NCBI GenBank assembly: GCA_963790205.1
Contig: CAWBNQ010000001.1
Coordinates: forward strand, 480,001 to 544,000
DNA length: 64,000 nucleotides
Direction: 5' to 3'
From: Nitrospirota bacterium
GTDB lineage: Bacteria; Nitrospirota; UBA9217
Shown: one piece after another, positions 59,737 through 64,000 of the stretch
Position numbering within the stretch: the first letter of the stretch is position 1
How the letters are laid out: each line of letters starts with the position of its first letter
Translations under genes and position numbers: made by a program
The notes under the pieces: model-generated
Seen by the model: only the letters and a program-made list of their open reading frames with translations
The model's database searches: none
What the model was told of the DNA's origin: nothing

Positions 59737-61071
59737 ATGATCAACATTCTCGTCGTTGACGACGAGGAGCCCTTTAGAAGGCTCCTCAAAAAAGAACTGG
59801 GGCGCAAGGGATATTCCGTCGAGGTCGCATCCGACGGCAGCGAAGCCCTGCGGTTTTTGCGGGACCGCTCCTTCGACGTGGTCCTCCTGGACGTCGTCAT
59901 GCCCGGTGTCGACGGGATCTCGCTTATGAAGACGGTGAAGGAGGACCCCGGGACGCCGTCGATCATCGTCCTCACGGGCAAGGCCACGGTGGAGACCGCG
60001 GTGGAAGCCATGAAGAACGGCGCCTACGATTACCTCACCAAGCCCTACAAGCTCGACGAGCTGGTTATCGTCATCGACCGGGCGTACGAGTATCGCCGGC
60101 TCTCCGTCAAGAGCAAGCTCCTGGAGCAGGAACTGGTCAGGAAGGAATCCCCCTTCGAACTCATCGGGAAAAGCGGGCAGCTCCGTGACATACTCGCGCT
60201 CATCCAGAAGGCGGCGCCTACGGACTCGCCGGTGTTCATCCAGGGTGAAAGCGGCACCGGCAAGGAGCTCGTGGCGAACACGGTCTGGCACTACAGCACG
60301 CGCAAGGACGCGCCGCTCATCGCCCTGAACTGCGCCTCCCTTTCGGAAAACCTCATCGAGTCGGAGATCTTCGGGCATGAGAAGGGCGCCTTCACCAGCG
60401 CCTACCAGATGAAGCACGGCCTCGTCGAAGTGGCGGACAAGGGAACGCTCTTTTTGGACGAGATCGGAGAGATGCCCGCCGGGCTCCAGGCCAAGCTCCT
60501 GCGGTTTCTCGATTCAGGCGAGTTCCGGCGGGTGGGGGGGAACAAGACGCTCTCGGTGGACGTGCGGGTGATCGCCGCCACGAACAAGGACCTCGCGGCC
60601 ATGATCAAGACCGGGAGCTTCCGGGAAGACCTGTATTACCGGCTGAACGTGATCAACATCGCCATCCCCCCGCTCCGGGAGCGCAAAGAGGACATCGCCG
60701 AGCTGTCACGGCATTTTCTGAAAAAGTACGCGAAGAAACTGTCCAAGTCCATCGCGGATTTCACCGACGAGGCGCTCGAACTGCTCATCGGCTATCACTG
60801 GCCGGGAAACGTGCGGGAACTCGAGAACGTCATTGAACGCGCGGTGATCCTCTGCGAGTCGGACACGATCGGGTCCGAAGACTTCTCCATCCCGCCTCAT
60901 GCGGCTGTTGCGGAAATCGGCGCCAATCCGCCCCTCGAAGAGATCGAGAAGACGTATATCCTGAGGGTCCTCAAAGAAGCGGGCAACAACCAGTCAAAGG
61001 CAAGCCAGCTCCTCGGCATCGACCGGAAAACCCTGTATCTCAAGCTGAAAAAATACGGGATCAATTCCTGA
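59737..61071 (+). CDS. NtrC-family sigma54-dependent response regulator
   Basis: Receiver domain, GESGTGKE, GAFTSA, FLDEIGE, WPGNVREL and Fis HTH. Confidence 0.95.
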   Translation: MINILVVDDEEPFRRLLKKELGRKGYSVEVASDGSEALRFLRDRSFDVVLLDVVMPGVDGISLMKTVKEDPGTPSIIVLTGKATVETAVEAMKNGAYDYLTKPYKLDELVIVIDRAYEYRRLSVKSKLLEQELVRKESPFELIGKSGQLRDILALIQKAAPTDSPVFIQGESGTGKELVANTVWHYSTRKDAPLIALNCASLSENLIESEIFGHEKGAFTSAYQMKHGLVEVADKGTLFLDEIGEMPAGLQAKLLRFLDSGEFRRVGGNKTLSVDVRVIAATNKDLAAMIKTGSFREDLYYRLNVINIAIPPLRERKEDIAELSRHFLKKYAKKLSKSIADFTDEALELLIGYHWPGNVRELENVIERAVILCESDTIGSEDFSIPPHAAVAEIGANPPLEEIEKTYILRVLKEAGNNQSKASQLLGIDRKTLYLKLKKYGINS

Positions 61072-61299
61072 TTCGGACAAGAGGGAAACAAAAGACAAAA
61101 TCTAAGGCGTCTCTCGCAAAGCCCGCAAAGAGCGCAAAGGGACCTTGAGTCAAAATCTTTTTTGATTTTAAAACCAAAAGCAGGATCCTAAGATTCTCTT
61201 GGCGTTCTTTGCGAGCTTTGCGAGAAATATTCTTGCCATTTTGAGTAGAATTTACTTTGTAACGTAGTACTAAAGCTGCTCCCGAAAGGCATGTGTGTT

Positions 61300-61764
61300 A
61301 TGGTAAAAGCAAAGCGGACCGGCACAAAGCAAAACAACACGAAGCGCACGACGAAGGATAGAAAAACGAAGATACGGAAGATCAGGGAGCAGCTCGGAGA
61401 CGAGACGCTGACCGAGGCCCTGGTCGAATCGCTGGTCGAGCAGCACGGCAGCCTGGGATTCATCCTGAACGTTTTAAAAGAGCGGCCGCGGAACTTCAAC
61501 CCCTTCATCCTGAAAGGCATGTCCATCTACAAGGAACCGTCGTCCCTGGACCGGAAGACCGCCGAGCTGGTCGCCATCGGCGCGGCCGCTGCGCTCAGGT
61601 GTGAACATTGCCTCGAAGCGCACATGGGCAGGGCCCACGCAGAAGGCGCGTCCCTTGCCGAGATCATGGATTCCCTGCTCATCGCAGGCGCGATCGCCGA
61701 TTCATCCACGCTCTCCGTCGCCTTCCGCAAGTACAAGCAGCTGGAAGGGAAGACAAAGAAGTGA
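61300..61764 (+). CDS. Carboxymuconolactone decarboxylase/AhpD family protein
   Basis: LDRKTAELVAIG...LRCEHCL..H...A...GAS..EI. Confidence 0.88.
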   Translation: MVKAKRTGTKQNNTKRTTKDRKTKIRKIREQLGDETLTEALVESLVEQHGSLGFILNVLKERPRNFNPFILKGMSIYKEPSSLDRKTAELVAIGAAAALRCEHCLEAHMGRAHAEGASLAEIMDSLLIAGAIADSSTLSVAFRKYKQLEGKTKK

Positions 61765-61915
61765 ACAAGGGCATTGATCATCAATTCCCCTGACGAGAAC
61801 AACCCATATCTGGAGAACACCTCGCTTTCCGAACATTTCCACTAATACCGATCGATTTCGTCAACATCCTCTAAAAATACGCCATCGTTATCGTTGACAT
61901 CGAGGAAACCTATAG

Positions 61916-63217
61916 GATTCTTCCGGCTTTCCCGTGGGTAGAAATATGTGATAGGATGGTCGCCTGAGGAGGCGATCATGCAGGATACCGGACTTTATCA
62001 GCAATTGCTGGGATTGAAGTCACCCTGGAGTGTCAGTCAAGTTGAACTGGATGTAAAGCAGCAGCGGGTAGATGTATGGGTGGAACATGAGAAGGACGCA
62101 GTATGGTCTTGTCCGGAATGCTCGAAGGAGTCGACGGTCTATGATCATGCCGAAGAGCGGTTATGGCGTCACCTTGACAGTTGCCAGTTCAAGACGTACT
62201 TGCATGCGCGTATTCCCCGCATAACGTGTGCAGAGCATGGGATTTTGCAGGTTCGGGTCCCTTGGGCGGAACCGAAGTCACGATTCACGGTTTTATTTGA
62301 GCGGTTGGCCATAGATGTTCTTCGGGAGTGCGATATAACCGGGGCCACGAAGATCTTGCGGATAAGCTGGGACGAAGCATGGAACCTCATGGAACGCGCC
62401 GTAGAGCGCGGAAAGCTTCGGAAACAAGACCGCGTCGTTCCCCGGATCGGCGTCGATGAGAAAGCCATTGCCAAGGGTCATACATACCTGACGCTGGTAA
62501 GCGATATAGACGGAGGCACGGTAGAGCACATTGAGGATGACCGCAAACAGAGCAGTCTGGAGAGCTATTACAAGAGTCTGACGCCGGAGCAATTAGAAGG
62601 CCTCGAGGCGGTTGCAATGGACATGTGGGAGCCCTACCTTGAGGCGACGCGTGCCCATGTGCCTGGTGCCGAGAGCAAGATCGTTTTCGACCGGTTCCAC
62701 ATTATGGGCTACCTCGGGAAAGCGGTAGACACGGTACGAAAGCAGGAACATCGGCAGCGGATGAAAGAAGGTGACGAAACGCTCAAGGGGAGTAAGTACT
62801 TGTGGCTGTACAGCAAGGAGAACGTTCCGGAGAAACGCCGCAGGGAATTTGCCGCATTACAAAAGCTTGAGTTGAAGGTAGGACGCGCGTGGGCCATCAA
62901 GGAGACGTTTCGGAAGTTGTGGCATTACAACTATGCCGAGTCAGCGAGGAAATTCTGGAAGCGGTGGTATTTCTGGGCAACACACAGCAGGCTGAAGCCA
63001 ATCATTGACGCAGCAGGAACGATCAAAAGACATATTGCTAACGTTCTGACTTATCTTCAGCACCGCATAACGAATGCGGTCAGCGAAGGGCTCAACAGCA
63101 AGATACAGACAATCAAAAAGATGGCCTACGGATTTCGGAACAAGGAACACTTCAAGACAGCAATTTACTTTCACTGCGGCGGGCTAGACATGTATCCATG
63201 CTAAACCCGGGAGAGCC
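61916..63217 (+). mobile_element. ISL3-family insertion sequence
   Basis: Imperfect 25-bp IRs (GATTCTTCCGGCTTT... / ...AAACCCGGGAGAGCC) and an 8-bp TSD ACCTATAG. Confidence 0.88.
61978..63204 (+). CDS. ISL3-family transposase
   Basis: CPEC, IGVDE, AMDMWEPY, VFDRFH and TNA.SEGLNSKIQ.IK..AYGFR. Confidence 0.95.
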   Translation: MQDTGLYQQLLGLKSPWSVSQVELDVKQQRVDVWVEHEKDAVWSCPECSKESTVYDHAEERLWRHLDSCQFKTYLHARIPRITCAEHGILQVRVPWAEPKSRFTVLFERLAIDVLRECDITGATKILRISWDEAWNLMERAVERGKLRKQDRVVPRIGVDEKAIAKGHTYLTLVSDIDGGTVEHIEDDRKQSSLESYYKSLTPEQLEGLEAVAMDMWEPYLEATRAHVPGAESKIVFDRFHIMGYLGKAVDTVRKQEHRQRMKEGDETLKGSKYLWLYSKENVPEKRRREFAALQKLELKVGRAWAIKETFRKLWHYNYAESARKFWKRWYFWATHSRLKPIIDAAGTIKRHIANVLTYLQHRITNAVSEGLNSKIQTIKKMAYGFRNKEHFKTAIYFHCGGLDMYPC

Positions 63218-63330
63218 ACCTATAGAAACCTATAGGAAACCTATAGAACCTATAGGGTCAAACCTATAGCAAACCCAACCTATAGCAACCTATAGCAACC
63301 TATAGAGCAACCTATAGGGTCACGTCTTGT
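63218..63330. repeat. Irregular tandem array of nine (A)ACCTATAG units ending in GGGTCACGTCTTG
   Basis: Directly visible; units separated by 0-7 nt variable linkers. Confidence 0.9.
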
Positions 63331-64000
63331 CGGGCTGTTGCCCAAAGGACTTCCCGCGAACGATCAAGCGCCTTGATGCGTAAAGAGGTCTAAGCTAATG
63401 ACGGGCAATATCGGTTCTGTCTCAAGGGAACATGCAAAATGAGCGATCCGAAAGCCTTTGCCACTGTTCTTTGAACAACGAGCAGCCGTACCGCAGCTGC
63501 TTTCTTCGGCTTGGAAGCATGCGCTATTAGCACTTGCATGTTCTGGATGGCACAGGTCATATATTCCTGGACCCGCATTCGCCAAAGGCCTCGCCAGCGT
63601 GCTTGATCGAAGCCGTATCGGGTGCCCCTGGCAAAGGATCGCTCCATCAGGTGTTGTCTGGTTTTGATGTCGTACCGTGCATTGGCTGATCGACTGATTG
63701 CACGCATGCGCTCCAGAACATTCTGCCGGAGATGACGCTTGATCGTTCGGCCGGACTTGTTTTTCGTGCATTGCTCTCTAAGCTGGCACGCTGCGCAGAC
63801 TTTCCTGGGCGCTGCGTAATCCCGGCTTTGTCTGGCTATATGCAGCGACTTCGGCTTGAGCTGAGTTCCTGCCGGGCACATATAGGAGTCGGTGGCAGGA
63901 TCATAGGAAAATCTATCTTCCATAAAGATGTCGGTTTTCGCTATGCGATTGATCGCCACGTCTCGTAAATCCGGGATATGCGCCTTTATGCCCTTGTCAT
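63331..64000 (-). mobile_element. IS1182 second copy (3' part, inverted; runs off the window)
   Basis: Same IR and nearly identical transposase C-terminus (HVPL vs HIPL). Confidence 0.93.

Noticed and set aside
63218..63330. Possible CRISPR array
   Set aside because: Units are 8-9 bp with 0-7 bp linkers; there are no spacer-length sequences and no cas genes.

Overview
Bacterial chromosomal segment. Gene order and content (rplM-rpsI-argC-argJ, a c7/PpcA-type cytochrome, a sigma54 system, a fused PurL) suggest an anaerobic Nitrospirota or Desulfobacterota-like organism; this is inference. The core backbone is rpsB (partial, minus strand), rplM-rpsI-argC-argJ, rpsU-yqeY-mutS2-dnaG-rpoD-tRNA(CAT)-Zn-ribbon-rnhA-rnpB, pgi, mnmE-mnmG-rsmG-[Clp1-like kinase between two parS sites]-parA-parB-bactofilin-purL, followed by assorted metabolic and signalling genes. 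There are two accessory hot spots. The first (about 14.0-18.1 kb) holds toxin-antitoxin genes, a four-helix-bundle gene, a MITE and an IS110/IS1111 element. The second (about 36-47.5 kb) holds IS1182, MNT-HEPN, HNH, an IS4-disrupted gene, a broken cytosine methylase and a cargo-carrying IS1595. ISL3 and a second IS1182 lie at the right end. The most striking signal is the IS110 element: its ends, core and circle-junction promoter can be read from the sequence, and its 3' non-coding end contains three aligned guide-loop modules. Two look like target-binding loops and one like a donor-binding loop, and the guides match its own insertion site and other AGAC[G/C]TGACCC motifs in this window. The window is also rich in nested short repeat families (7-mers, 9-mers, 40-bp hairpins, an AACCTATAG stutter array), some inside purL. 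rplM, argC and rpoD each carry a +1 frameshift, most likely from sequencing or assembly error. All calls come from reading the sequence by eye; no database searches were run.
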